Of a DNA stretch of 44,388 bases, positions 18,410 to 28,130 are shown piece after piece. The DNA is taken from positions 1-44,388 of the forward strand of contig JAJYXV010000005.1 of the NCBI GenBank assembly GCA_021801565.1, given 5' to 3'. Below the pieces are notes generated by a model that was not told the origin of the DNA, ran no database searches, and saw only the letters and a list, made by a program, of their open reading frames with translations. The DNA is from a bacterium (lineage in GTDB: Bacteria > Patescibacteriota > Minisyncoccia > UBA6257 > GWB1-50-10). The position numbers and the translations under genes are program-made. How positions within the stretch are numbered: position 1 is the stretch's first letter; the number at the start of each line of letters is the position of its first letter.

Positions 18410-18447
18410 CACACAGGGTACTATGACGCGTCATAGTACCCTGTGTG
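18410..18447. repeat. CTATGACGCGTCATAG-family palindrome, copy 3
   Basis: Perfect 38-bp CACACAGGGTACTATGACGCGTCATAGTACCCTGTGTG between the uvrB stop and the TrpR-like start. Confidence 0.92.
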
Positions 18448-18472
18448 TTAATAAAATACCACTCAGATAGTC

Positions 18473-20506
18473 TTATTTAGAAATTTCACTTTTCTTCTTT
18501 CCCTTTTTCATCTTTTCTTCTTCTTTTTTTAATATTTTCAGTTCATCTCTTAATATCGCCGCAAGTTCAAAATTAAGTTCCTCAGCTGCCTTTTTCATCT
18601 CTTGTTCTTTTTCTCTTATTATTAACTCAAATCCTTTCTTTGATTTTGGAATCGGCAATATTTCGAGTTTTAATATTTCATCAGCTGGCAATATATCTTT
18701 TATTTCTTTGATGATAGTCTTCGGGATAATGTGATGTTTCTTATTATACGCAAGTTGTATCTTTCTTCTTCGATCTGTCTCTCGTACTGCTCGTTCAATT
18801 GAGCCGGTGATGGTATCTGCATACATCACTACCTCTCCCCGCACATTTCGTGCTGCACGCCCAATTGTCTGTACGAGCGACGTTTCGCTTCGAAGAAATC
18901 CCTCTTTGTCAGCATCAAGAATCGCAACAAGTGAAACCTCGGGAAGATCGAGTCCTTCGCGCAATAGATTAACTCCAACAAGTACGTCAAAATTTCCTTT
19001 GCGTAAATTCGTAAGAATTTTTATTCGATCAAGTGTTTTCACATCGCTATGGAGATAGGTCACTTTTATTTTTTTCTCTTCAAGATATGCGCTTAAATCC
19101 TCTGCCATACGCTTCGTAAGCGTAGTTACCAATACACGTTCTTTTCCGCCAGTTGGCGGATTCACGCGCTCTTCAATCCGCGGGATAAGATCGTCAATCT
19201 GTCCCTTCACAGGACGAATGGTAATTTTTGGATCAACAAGACCCGTGGGTCGAATAATTTGTTCAACCGTCTGCACGCTTTTTTTCTTCTCATAAACACT
19301 AGGAGTTGCGGAGGTAAAAATAATCTGCCCCACTCTTTCTTCAAATTCCTTAAATGTAAGCGGACGATTATCAATCGCCGAAGGAAGACGGAATCCATAT
19401 TCAACAAGTGTTTTTTTACGCGATGCATCCCCCGCATACATTCCCTGTATTTGCGGCACGGTCACGTGGGATTCATCAATAATAGTGAGAAAATCAGCTT
19501 GTCCTGAATTTGTTGAATGAGGAAAATAATTTAAAAGCGTATCGGGTGGTTCCCCTGCTACACGACCCGAAAGATGTCGAGAGTAATTCTCAATTCCATT
19601 ACAATATCCAATCTCACGCATCATCGCTAAATCAAATTTTGTCCTCCGCTCAAGTCGTTCCGCCTCAAGAAGTTTCCCCTCGTTTTCAAATTTCTTAAGT
19701 TGCTCTCTCAATTCTTCCTGAATTGCTTTTATTGCGCGTGCCCGATCGCCCACGGGAGTAATAAAGTGTTTTGCAGGTGCAATATAAACCTCACGTAATG
19801 ATGGCGTTTTCTCCTTTCGAAACCCTTCAGCCGGAACTATTTCGAAAATTGAGATGATTTTTCCCTTTTTGACTTCAAAAAGATAGACGAGCTCCCTATC
19901 GGGTGGCATGATCTCCCATTGATCACCACGAAGACGAAATGTTCCACGTTTTAAATCTGCATTCGTACGCGTATATTGAAGTTCAATAAGTTTTCGTACA
20001 AACGTATTCCGATCAAGTGTCCCCCCAACCTTTAAATGGAAAATATTTTCTGCATACACCTCCGGCGCTCCCAGTCCGTAGATACACGACACCGATGCAA
20101 CTACAATTACATCCTTACGCGTCAAGAGTGCTGTTGTCGCCGCATGACGAAGTTTATCGATTTCGTCGTTAATCATTGCCTCTTTCCCTATGTAGGTATC
20201 AGAAGAAGGTATGTATGCCTCGGGTTGGTAATAATCATAATATGAGACAAAATAATTCACAGAATTATGTGGAAATAATTCACGTAACTCATTCGTAAGC
20301 TGCGCCGCAAGCGTTTTATTGTGTGCAATGACAAGCGTTGGCTTTCCAATTTTTTCTATTACATTTGCAACGGTAAATGTTTTTCCCGATCCGGTTACCC
20401 CGAGAAGCGTTTGATGTGAGTATCCCTTTTTGATTCCACCAATAAGTTTTCTGATAGCCTCCGGTTGATCTCCCGCTGGTTTATTTTTAGAGACAATCTT
20501 AAACAT
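18473..20506 (-). CDS. uvrB: Excinuclease ABC subunit B
   Basis: [18 protein letters not shown] beta-hairpin, DESH, GRAAR and C-terminal UVR domain. Confidence 0.98.
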   Translation of the reverse strand: MFKIVSKNKPAGDQPEAIRKLIGGIKKGYSHQTLLGVTGSGKTFTVANVIEKIGKPTLVIAHNKTLAAQLTNELRELFPHNSVNYFVSYYDYYQPEAYIPSSDTYIGKEAMINDEIDKLRHAATTALLTRKDVIVVASVSCIYGLGAPEVYAENIFHLKVGGTLDRNTFVRKLIELQYTRTNADLKRGTFRLRGDQWEIMPPDRELVYLFEVKKGKIISIFEIVPAEGFRKEKTPSLREVYIAPAKHFITPVGDRARAIKAIQEELREQLKKFENEGKLLEAERLERRTKFDLAMMREIGYCNGIENYSRHLSGRVAGEPPDTLLNYFPHSTNSGQADFLTIIDESHVTVPQIQGMYAGDASRKKTLVEYGFRLPSAIDNRPLTFKEFEERVGQIIFTSATPSVYEKKKSVQTVEQIIRPTGLVDPKITIRPVKGQIDDLIPRIEERVNPPTGGKERVLVTTLTKRMAEDLSAYLEEKKIKVTYLHSDVKTLDRIKILTNLRKGNFDVLVGVNLLREGLDLPEVSLVAILDADKEGFLRSETSLVQTIGRAARNVRGEVVMYADTITGSIERAVRETDRRRKIQLAYNKKHHIIPKTIIKEIKDILPADEILKLEILPIPKSKKGFELIIREKEQEMKKAAEELNFELAAILRDELKILKKEEEKMKKGKKKSEISK
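19145..19160. repeat. TCCGCCAGTTGGCGGA palindrome in frame in uvrB
   Basis: Encodes PPTGG before ERVLVTT. Confidence 0.65.
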
Positions 20507-20595
20507 AATACTTCCACAGTATCAAAGAAGACATAAAAAGCAAAACCCCGCCAACTTGTGAATTGACTGGGGTCGCTGTTGAAATATAAAAGTTA

Positions 20596-20841
20596 CTACA
20601 TTCCAATTTGTTTCTGCTCTTCGTGTTTTTTGCTAAATACATAGAGATAGAGAATCTCTAACACACCAACCGTATTTATAACAAGAAGTGCAATAAACCA
20701 TCCCTGTTTATCAAGCTTTGATGCCTTCCAAAGCGCCATTCCCTTCCAATAAAGCGTCCATGCGGTAAGAATAAGGACGATGATAAAAAAAAGAGTTGGA
20801 TTCGATTCTGCAAACTGAGAAATTGGATCTCCTGGTTTCAT
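20596..20841 (-). CDS. DUF5652-family membrane protein
   Basis: WKGMALWKA...WFIALL.INTVG.LEILY pattern. Confidence 0.8.
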   Translation of the reverse strand: MKPGDPISQFAESNPTLFFIIVLILTAWTLYWKGMALWKASKLDKQGWFIALLVINTVGVLEILYLYVFSKKHEEQKQIGM

Positions 20842-20871
20842 ATATGATATATATGCTATATACGACGACTT

Positions 20872-21711
20872 TTATAAGGGAAGTGATAATGGAATCTGCT
20901 CTGTACTTGTGGTAACAACGGTCGACGTAGTAATGGTTGATGTTGCGAGAGAAATTGTCGATGTTGCAGTGGAAGTGGAAATCGATGTTAATTCGTTCCT
21001 TAATTCTATAAATGGCCCTTTTTCATTCTCCGAAGCACCCTCTTCAAAATTAGTGATAACATTCTTGATAATCTCCTGTTGTGTAACGTCATCCGATGCT
21101 ACTGGAGTAGTGGGAGAAATAAACGTTTTTCGTACTGCATGCACTAATTCGTCTGCCGGAACCATCCTTGATATTGATTTTGTGGTTTTTTCTAGCTCCT
21201 GTTTTGCGCTTTCTGTAAGGTCTTTCAATTGCTCTTGGTTGGTATATTGTCCCTCGAGCGAATGGAGAAACCCTTCATGGGCAACTGCCTTTACTGCCAA
21301 TTCTTCGACTAATTTACCTGATGCTCTACTCCTTGGAAGATTTTTTATTTCTTCAAGTTTTGCAGAAAGCTGTGTTTGCGATTCTTTATAATTCTCTATT
21401 GCCTTTGAAATGGCTGAAACGTCATTTGGCTTGAATTCTTGTACTTTCTTCAGTTCTGCGGCTTTTTCATTCGCTATTTGAAGCTCTAAAATTGCTTCTG
21501 AAACGGGATTGGTAATAAATAAACGCATTAAATCTCTCCGTATCTCTTTCAGAAAATAAAGAGGACTTATAGGAAGAATTCCGACATTTTCCATATTTAA
21601 ATCAAAACCAATCCCGTCTTTAGCTCCCTCGGTTGCCCCAAAGGAAGAGACTGGACTAAGGAGTCCTATAATCAATAAAAAACTAGCATAAATACTAGCC
21701 CTTTTACTCAT
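20872..21711 (-). CDS. DUF5667-domain secreted protein with a Ser/Thr-rich tail
   Basis: GILPISPLYFLKEIRR; signal peptide from MSKRAS (start moved from 21747). Confidence 0.75.
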   Translation of the reverse strand: MSKRASIYASFLLIIGLLSPVSSFGATEGAKDGIGFDLNMENVGILPISPLYFLKEIRRDLMRLFITNPVSEAILELQIANEKAAELKKVQEFKPNDVSAISKAIENYKESQTQLSAKLEEIKNLPRSRASGKLVEELAVKAVAHEGFLHSLEGQYTNQEQLKDLTESAKQELEKTTKSISRMVPADELVHAVRKTFISPTTPVASDDVTQQEIIKNVITNFEEGASENEKGPFIELRNELTSISTSTATSTISLATSTITTSTVVTTSTEQIPLSLPL

Positions 21712-21800
21712 GTTTCTATTATACCAGAAACATACGAGACTTTCCACTATATGGAGGGGTCAGAAAACATTGACAAAAAGTATAAATTAATGCTGTGTAC

Positions 21801-21828
21801 TTGCAAAATAAAAAGGATGTGCTATAAT
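21801..21828 (+). promoter_or_regulatory. Sigma70-type promoter
   Basis: TTGCAA-N16-TATAAT with extended TG. Confidence 0.65.
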
Positions 21829-21857
21829 GGGAGTATCCTCGAAAGGGGGCTTTTTTT

Positions 21858-22298
21858 ATGGGTAAACGATTCATAATCATTAGTTTGTTAGGAATACTGT
21901 CATTTCTTGCGACTCCGGCTCCGGCAGTAACACCCGATCGTGGTTTTGGGTTTAAACAAAGTGCCGTTTCAATCGCCCATGCCGCAACGGAAGATATGAA
22001 AAACCAGACAAAAAAGGTCTGGGTAACTGCATATTCGAGCACCCCAGAAGAAACCGACGATACTCCTTTTATTACCGCCTCAATGACAAAAGTCAGAGAT
22101 GGTATTATCGCTACTAACTTCCTCCCCTTTGGAACAAAAGTAATGATTCCAAAACTTTTCGGAAAGAAAATATTTGTGGTTGAGGACCGCATGCATGAAC
22201 GAAAAACGAATTTTGTTGATGTTTGGATGCCAACAAAAGAAGATGCAATTGAATTTGGGATTACATATGCAGAAATTGTAGTAATACACGAAGGATAA
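21858..22298 (+). CDS. 3D-domain protein (MltA-like, peptidoglycan related)
   Basis: VTAYSS...TD.TPFITA, VEDRM and VDVWM motifs; signal peptide. Confidence 0.88.
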   Translation: MGKRFIIISLLGILSFLATPAPAVTPDRGFGFKQSAVSIAHAATEDMKNQTKKVWVTAYSSTPEETDDTPFITASMTKVRDGIIATNFLPFGTKVMIPKLFGKKIFVVEDRMHERKTNFVDVWMPTKEDAIEFGITYAEIVVIHEG

Positions 22299-22322
22299 GA
22301 GTATAATAAGGATGTTGAGGGT

Positions 22323-23657
22323 ATGGCACAGAGTCCTTCCATCCAAAAAAAGATAATGAACTTCCAGATTGATGGCGGCACTCCCCTTTCTGGAACAATC
22401 ACCACAAACACAGCGAAGAATTCAGCTGTGTCCCTTTTATGTGCATCACTCCTGAATAAAGGAAAGACCGTGCTCGAACGTATGCCGCATATTGAAGAAG
22501 TGAATAGAATTCTTGAGGTGTTAAAAAGCATCGGGATAAAAATTACATGGGAAAAAAATTCACTGATTCTCGAACGTCCAGAACATCTTCCATTTGACAA
22601 ACTTGATGCAGAAGCCGCAATAAAAACAAGAAGTATTATTATGCTTCTCGGTCCCCTGATTCATGAATTTCCACATTTCCAACTTCCGCAAGCGGGAGGA
22701 TGTAAATTGGGATCACGAACAGTTCGCCCGCATTTTTTTGCACTGGAAACACTGGGAGTAAAAATAAAGACATTTGAATCGGCATATGATGTCACTGTAC
22801 ACACACTTAAAAAGAATAAAGAAATCATACTCTATGAGTCAGGAGACACCGTCACAGAAAATGCACTTATGGCGGCAGCCCGCATTGAGGGAAAAACAAC
22901 TATAAAGTTTGCCTCTGCAAATTATATGGTCCAGGATCTCTGTCACTTTCTTACAAAACTCGGAATTCGTATTGAGGGAATCGGAACTACGACACTTACG
23001 GTATTTGGAAAACGCGATATCAAGGTTGATCTTATATTTACTCCAGGAGAAGACCCGATTGAATCAATGCTTTTTCTTTCAATCGCCGTGACCACCAATT
23101 CATCAATTATAATTGAAGCGTGTCCAATTGATTTTCTTGAACTTGAACTTTTAAAATTGGAGAAAATGGGATTTAAATATAAAATTCTCAAACGCTATAT
23201 TTCAAAAAACGGATATACAAAACTCGTAGATATAAAAACATTTCCCTCCCACCTTCATGCGCTCGAAGAAAAACTGGAAGCTCGTCCGTTTCCGGGACTC
23301 AATATCGACAACCTTCCATTCTTTGTCCCTATTGCGGCAATTGCAAAAGGACAAACACTTATTCATGATTGGGTATACGAAAGCCGCGCAATTTATTATA
23401 TGGAACTCACAAAACTTGGTGCTGACATGGTGCTCGCCGATCCACACCGCGTGTATATTAACGGCTCTGCAAAATTCAAGCCTGCAGAAATTGTATGTCC
23501 TCCCGCACTTCGCCCTGCGGCAATCATTTTAATTGCAATGCTTGCTGCTCCCGGCACTTCAATTCTGAGAAATGTATATTCAATTAACCGAGGATATGAA
23601 GACTTGACCACGCGTCTTAAAAAACTTGGTGCAAAAATTGAGATATTGGACCAATAA
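22323..23657 (+). CDS. murA: UDP-N-acetylglucosamine 1-carboxyvinyltransferase
   Basis: AKNS, GGCKLGSR, ENALMAA and RGYEDL motifs; start may be 22356. Confidence 0.92.
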   Translation: MAQSPSIQKKIMNFQIDGGTPLSGTITTNTAKNSAVSLLCASLLNKGKTVLERMPHIEEVNRILEVLKSIGIKITWEKNSLILERPEHLPFDKLDAEAAIKTRSIIMLLGPLIHEFPHFQLPQAGGCKLGSRTVRPHFFALETLGVKIKTFESAYDVTVHTLKKNKEIILYESGDTVTENALMAAARIEGKTTIKFASANYMVQDLCHFLTKLGIRIEGIGTTTLTVFGKRDIKVDLIFTPGEDPIESMLFLSIAVTTNSSIIIEACPIDFLELELLKLEKMGFKYKILKRYISKNGYTKLVDIKTFPSHLHALEEKLEARPFPGLNIDNLPFFVPIAAIAKGQTLIHDWVYESRAIYYMELTKLGADMVLADPHRVYINGSAKFKPAEIVCPPALRPAAIILIAMLAAPGTSILRNVYSINRGYEDLTTRLKKLGAKIEILDQ

Positions 23658-23731
23658 GTAAAAATTTGACGCGCCCTGCCTCTGGTATTAATCTGTATTT
23701 AGAATATAAACATAGAGAGGAGGAACATCCA

Positions 23732-24013
23732 GTGGAAAAAGAAATTAACTTAAAACCAGAGGATTTTTATAATTCGTTTTTTGATACGCAAAAACCGACA
23801 CGGCGAATGGTTAATAAACGACCCGCAATTGAAGGAGTTACGGTCACGGATAATTTTATAAAAGTCGGTTTTACTTGTTTTTTAGATAATGGCGAATTAT
23901 CTATAGTAAATGAAAATAACGACAAACTTTTCTCAGGAAGGATTAGAACTCCGGAAGAATTTGAAGAAGCGTTGAAAAAAGCTGAGAAAAAACACAAAAC
24001 ACTTACTTCATGA
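23732..24013 (+). CDS. Hypothetical protein
   Basis: GAGGAGG RBS before GTG 23732; the TTG at 23666 coincides with a TTGACG -35 box. Confidence 0.6.
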   Translation: MEKEINLKPEDFYNSFFDTQKPTRRMVNKRPAIEGVTVTDNFIKVGFTCFLDNGELSIVNENNDKLFSGRIRTPEEFEEALKKAEKKHKTLTS

Positions 24014-24057
24014 AATTCCACCGGCATATGCCCGTGGTTTTCTCGAAATGATACATA

Positions 24058-24088
24058 AAAAATCCCGCGTTAAAAAGGCGGGATTTTT
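24058..24088. terminator. Bidirectional intrinsic terminator
   Basis: AAAAATCCCGC-N9-GCGGGATTTTT. Confidence 0.8.
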
Positions 24089-25227
24089 CATTTCCACACA
24101 CGGCGAATCTTTTCTGGAATTCTCACAAGTATTTCATAGGGAAGTATTCCGCATTCATTTGCTATTGATTCTATAGAGTTCTTATCACCCGGGTTACTGC
24201 TTATTATTTCGATGATATCTTTCTCCTTCACATCATAAATATGAGAAACATCAACACTCGTCATGTTCATACTCACTCGCCCAATAACGGGACAATATTT
24301 CTCTTTTATCTTAAAAAATCCTTTATTTGAAAGTCTTCGATCGACTCCCTCAAAATACCCAACAGGAACAACCGCAACTGTCATCTCTCGGTCGGCACAA
24401 AATGTTGCATTATATCCCACACATTCCCCTTTTTGTATTTTCCGTATTCCGGCAACAACGGATTCCATACGTAATATCGGAGCAATGGACAAATCATTTC
24501 TCTTTGCCGAATCAATTCCGTATATTCCAAGCCCCACGCGCAATACGTTCGCATGGATAAGATTCCCATACTGAGTTCCTGCGGTTGCTTCCGTATGCAT
24601 ATATTTCAAATTCGGAAATTCTTTTTTCATTGATGCAACAATATTATTCCATCTTTCTATTTGTTTCTTCGTTGGCTCAGAATTTTTTATATCCGCATCC
24701 GCAAAATGAGAACATATACCCTCAAGGAGCATATACGGGTTTTTCTTTATCAATCTTACTGCGCGCAAAAGATCATCTATTGAAATTCCTTGCCGATGCA
24801 TTCCTGTGTCAATTTTCAAATGAAACCGTTTTTTCTGTTTTAATGATTTGGAAAGTTCTTCAATCTGACCGATGGAGGTCAATCCAAATACCACGTCGTT
24901 TCTTCGTGCATTCAGTATGTTTTGAGGAAATGTGTATCCAAGTATTAAAATATCGGAATAAATTCCTTCATTCTTCAATATAACGGCTTCGTGATATGAA
25001 TCGACAACAAAAAATGGCGGATGTTCATTATCCAGTTTTTTTCCGACAAGTAAAAGCCCGTGTCCGTATGCATTACTTTTTAACACCGGTGCAACACACA
25101 CTCCCGGACGCATGGTGTTAAAAACACGAAAATTCTTGATTAACCGATCGCCGTCAAGTTCCACCTTCACAAGCGGTTCGTAAGAAAATTTTTTCTCTCT
25201 CAATTTTCGTATAAGTGTGCGGATCAT
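24088..25227 (-). CDS. alr: Alanine racemase
   Basis: VLKSNAYGHG PLP-lysine motif, HLKIDTGMHRQG, VGYNA and GRVSMN. Confidence 0.95.
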   Translation of the reverse strand: MIRTLIRKLREKKFSYEPLVKVELDGDRLIKNFRVFNTMRPGVCVAPVLKSNAYGHGLLLVGKKLDNEHPPFFVVDSYHEAVILKNEGIYSDILILGYTFPQNILNARRNDVVFGLTSIGQIEELSKSLKQKKRFHLKIDTGMHRQGISIDDLLRAVRLIKKNPYMLLEGICSHFADADIKNSEPTKKQIERWNNIVASMKKEFPNLKYMHTEATAGTQYGNLIHANVLRVGLGIYGIDSAKRNDLSIAPILRMESVVAGIRKIQKGECVGYNATFCADREMTVAVVPVGYFEGVDRRLSNKGFFKIKEKYCPVIGRVSMNMTSVDVSHIYDVKEKDIIEIISSNPGDKNSIESIANECGILPYEILVRIPEKIRRVWK

Positions 25228-25270
25228 ATTTTTATTATATTTTATGTATGAATAGAAAAATAGATTTTTA

Positions 25271-25972
25271 TCAATATTGCCTGAACACCTCCTCGCTTCC
25301 TAAAAATTTTTTTATCTCCTCTTCCGATAAAATCGAACGGCTCTGTTTCTGCCATCCTTCGCTTTTATATGGCTCACATAAAACCTGACTTTTCATTTCA
25401 AACAACGCTTTTCGCTTTGTCTCAAGCGAATCAGAAATCAAAATAATCTTATCAGGATCCGGTATAGTTCCTTGTATGGCGAATTGATACACCTCTGGTC
25501 TATAACTTAGTTTTTGTAGCATATTTTTGACAATTTTACCTACAGATATGTGGTCTATGTGCGGATCAAGCAAATAGTTGGAATAAATGATATCTGGTTT
25601 TTCTTCTTCTGTGATTCGCACAACGGTATCGATAACATCCCCCTTATCCCTCCAAGAAGGACTTTCTCCGTCAATTTGGTTTAAAAATTTTAATCTATTC
25701 TCTTTTATTCCTAAAAGCTTCATAGCCTCTTTTATTTCTTTTTTTCTTTTCTCTTTTACTTGCTGCGGGCTTGGATTTTCCAAAAATCCGAAAACACGAA
25801 AATGCGAATTTTCTCCATCAGTAAAAATAACCACAAATACATCGTCCCCCATTTCTCTGTGTTTTATAATGGTTCCCCCCACACCTATTATCGAATCGTC
25901 GTCGTGAGCTACATAGACCCCTATTTTTTTATTTTTCTTTTTCAAAAAAGATAATAATCTCTCTAATTTCAT
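25271..25972 (-). CDS. PIG-L/LmbE-family deacetylase
   Basis: AHDDD (HxDD), TDGE and PHIDH motifs. Confidence 0.88.
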   Translation of the reverse strand: MKLERLLSFLKKKNKKIGVYVAHDDDSIIGVGGTIIKHREMGDDVFVVIFTDGENSHFRVFGFLENPSPQQVKEKRKKEIKEAMKLLGIKENRLKFLNQIDGESPSWRDKGDVIDTVVRITEEEKPDIIYSNYLLDPHIDHISVGKIVKNMLQKLSYRPEVYQFAIQGTIPDPDKIILISDSLETKRKALFEMKSQVLCEPYKSEGWQKQSRSILSEEEIKKFLGSEEVFRQY

Positions 25973-25999
25973 ATAAATAGAGTGGTGAAAATATACGAA

Positions 26000-27055
26000 T
26001 CAATTTTTCGATATGTATTTCAAGAATAAACTCTCAAAACTGTCGATCATTCTTTTTTCAGAATATTGTGCCGCTGTCTTTATCGCATTGGAAATAATAG
26101 TATTTTTAAATCGTTTTGTATTGTTATGAATTCCATATATCGTCGATACGACTGAATCGACATTCCTCTGCACGATGAGACAATTTTTTTTATTGACTGC
26201 AAAATCATTTATACCACCCGAATCGGTAACAACGCCGATAAGTCCCGATGCCATAGCCTCTAGCAATGTAAGACCAAATCCCTCTTTTTGGGAAAGGTGA
26301 AAAAATACATCACTTTCATTATAAATATGTGCTAATTCTCTGTTATTTCTTGGTTTATGGACAAAAACATTATATTTTGTATCAAACGTGACGCTTCTTT
26401 GTGTAGCTATATGTAATTCAAAATTAATATCCTTTATGTGTGCACATGCCCTCATTAAAATATCCAAACCCTTATTTTTACTTTCCACATCACCTACAAA
26501 TAGTAATTTTAATACGTGGGGATTTTTCTTTGTTTTGGGTTTAAATGTATTCACATTAACACATGGAGGAATAACTATTGTCCTGTTTCTGAATCTCTGT
26601 TTTATCATTTTCCCCAGAAAAGTGGACGGTACAACAATAGGGATATTTAATTTAAAGGCTTCATAAGATATTCCATTTAATATCTTTAATCGGGGCGGCA
26701 CGAAATCATATGCCTCATCTGCTTGGGCTAAAAAAATTGTTCTTCCTCGTCTATCATTTGCAATACACGGTAATACGGTATACACCCAATTTGCAAGATA
26801 TATGTCCGATGGAGGCAAATTATTTGCAAGTTTATTCATACCCCTTAGAACAAAATCAAATAAATTTTTCTTCTCACTGTGAAATGGTACGGCAATTACA
26901 TTCACCTCTTTTGAAATTTTATATGGAAGAACCTTCGTTCCAAGGTTTACCATATTGACCACGTGCCCTCTTTTTGAGAGACCGTTGGCAATAGTAATTA
27001 TCATTCTGTCGCCCCCAGTTGTGCTCAAACCAAATGAAGGTATCGTAATAATCAT
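26000..27055 (-). CDS. Glycosyltransferase family 4
   Basis: KG.DIL and EGFGLTLLEAMASG motifs. Confidence 0.9.
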   Translation of the reverse strand: MIITIPSFGLSTTGGDRMIITIANGLSKRGHVVNMVNLGTKVLPYKISKEVNVIAVPFHSEKKNLFDFVLRGMNKLANNLPPSDIYLANWVYTVLPCIANDRRGRTIFLAQADEAYDFVPPRLKILNGISYEAFKLNIPIVVPSTFLGKMIKQRFRNRTIVIPPCVNVNTFKPKTKKNPHVLKLLFVGDVESKNKGLDILMRACAHIKDINFELHIATQRSVTFDTKYNVFVHKPRNNRELAHIYNESDVFFHLSQKEGFGLTLLEAMASGLIGVVTDSGGINDFAVNKKNCLIVQRNVDSVVSTIYGIHNNTKRFKNTIISNAIKTAAQYSEKRMIDSFESLFLKYISKN

Positions 27056-27123
27056 AGAATAGTTTTAATTATATGACTTTTTAAAAATTATTGATAATTT
27101 GACTGTGCTTTCTAAACTTTCAA

Positions 27124-27143
27124 AGTCCGCCACGGGGCGGACT
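27124..27143. repeat. TCCGCC..GGCGGA-family hairpin, intergenic
   Basis: AGTCCGCC-ACGG-GGCGGACT; may also act as a terminator. Confidence 0.6.
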
Positions 27144-27254
27144 CTTTTAAACACTAGGCGTATATTAATTAAAATTAATTTATTATCTTTCTCCAGCTAT
27201 TTCTTATACTGATATAAAATGCTTTTTCTAAACTCGTTCAATCGCTTATGTAAA

Positions 27255-27572
27255 CTAATCATTTTCCGATCCAGCACTTCCCCTCTTTAATCGTTTCTCA
27301 TATTTAACCAAAACAGCATCAACTGTTCTTTCTAAATCAATATTTAAGGAATTTGCAATCGTAATTACAGAATATAACAAATCACCGATTTCTAACTTCA
27401 TTTCTTCTCTAAAATTCATCTTATTTTTACCGTAATTTGTCATTTTCAGCATTTCTTTTGCAACCTCACCAAGTTCTGAGATAGTATCCAAAATCTTATA
27501 TTCTGGGGCGGAATCTAAATTATGAACCATTGAAAATTCTCTTATTTTTCCTTGTAATTCTTTGATTGTCAT
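27255..27572 (-). CDS. MazG-like nucleotide pyrophosphohydrolase
   Basis: SELGEVAKE and EIGDLLY motifs; start MTIKELQ at 27572, because the longer ORF overlaps tRNA-Ala. Confidence 0.88.
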   Translation of the reverse strand: MTIKELQGKIREFSMVHNLDSAPEYKILDTISELGEVAKEMLKMTNYGKNKMNFREEMKLEIGDLLYSVITIANSLNIDLERTVDAVLVKYEKRLKRGSAGSEND

Positions 27573-27598
27573 AGGTATATGCAGACACGAATGAAATT

Positions 27599-27672
27599 TG
27601 GTGGACCTTAGGGGAATCGAACCCCTATCTCCCGGATGCAAACCGGGTGCTCTACCACTAAGCTAAAGGCCC
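27599..27672 (-). tRNA. tRNA-Ala(UGC)
   Basis: Cloverleaf with CCCGG-TTTGCAT-CCGGG anticodon arm, GTTCGA T-loop, G3:U70 pair and encoded CCA. Confidence 0.97.
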
Positions 27673-27683
27673 TTAGTTAATTT

Positions 27684-28007
27684 TTAACGATTGTCACCGG
27701 CTCCTTTCACCGCATTTCTCTCAACTCGCGACCGTAATTTTTCCAAGTTCATCGATGCAATATTCTCAAGCGATAACCCCAATTCCAAACCCACTCGAAC
27801 AATATACCACAATACATCTCCGAGTTCTTTTCCTATCTCCTTTTTTGCCTCATCATCCAGAATATCATTCTTGTCGCGTATCACCTTTTTTACTTTTTCT
27901 GCAACTTCACCCGCTTCTCCACATAGTCCAAGTACCGGATATTCAATTCCCTTCTTTCGCTCAAAGATATATCGCTCAACAAACTTTTGATACTCATTAA
28001 ATTCCAT
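27684..28007 (-). CDS. MazG-like nucleoside triphosphate pyrophosphohydrolase
   Basis: LGLCGEAGEVAEKVKK, ELGDVLWY and NLEKL.SR motifs. Confidence 0.92.
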   Translation of the reverse strand: MEFNEYQKFVERYIFERKKGIEYPVLGLCGEAGEVAEKVKKVIRDKNDILDDEAKKEIGKELGDVLWYIVRVGLELGLSLENIASMNLEKLRSRVERNAVKGAGDNR

Positions 28008-28013
28008 AAAAGG

Positions 28014-28088
28014 TGGTGGGCATGGGAGGGATCGAACCTCCGACCTCTGTCTTATCAGGACAGCGTTCTACCACTGAACTACATGCCC
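28014..28088 (-). tRNA. tRNA-Ile(GAU)
   Basis: Cloverleaf with CTGTC-CTGATAA-GACAG anticodon arm, GTTCGA T-loop and encoded CCA. Confidence 0.97.
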
Positions 28089-28130
28089 AAATCTTACCAT
28101 ACCACTGCTTGTATACTTTTCTTAATTTAA

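Noticed and set aside
6058-20506. uvrA/B/C and nfo as an SOS regulon or repair island
   Set aside because: No shared LexA-like box recognised upstream; the genes are ordinary and have separate promoters.
21719-22600. 293-aa antisense ORF over the 3D-domain gene and murA
   Set aside because: No recognisable motifs; shadow of real genes. The same applies to the other short overlapping ORFs in the track.
24018-24037. CCACCGGCATATGCCCGTGG palindrome after the 23732-24013 ORF
   Set aside because: Single copy next to a clear terminator; function cannot be supported.
22323-25227. murA, alr and 3D-domain gene in a reduced genome
   Set aside because: Peptidoglycan genes are known in Parcubacteria; MurA keeps the usual active-site Cys.
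27573-27641. N-terminal extension of the MazG-like ORF
   Set aside because: Overlaps tRNA-Ala; MTIKELQ is the plausible start.
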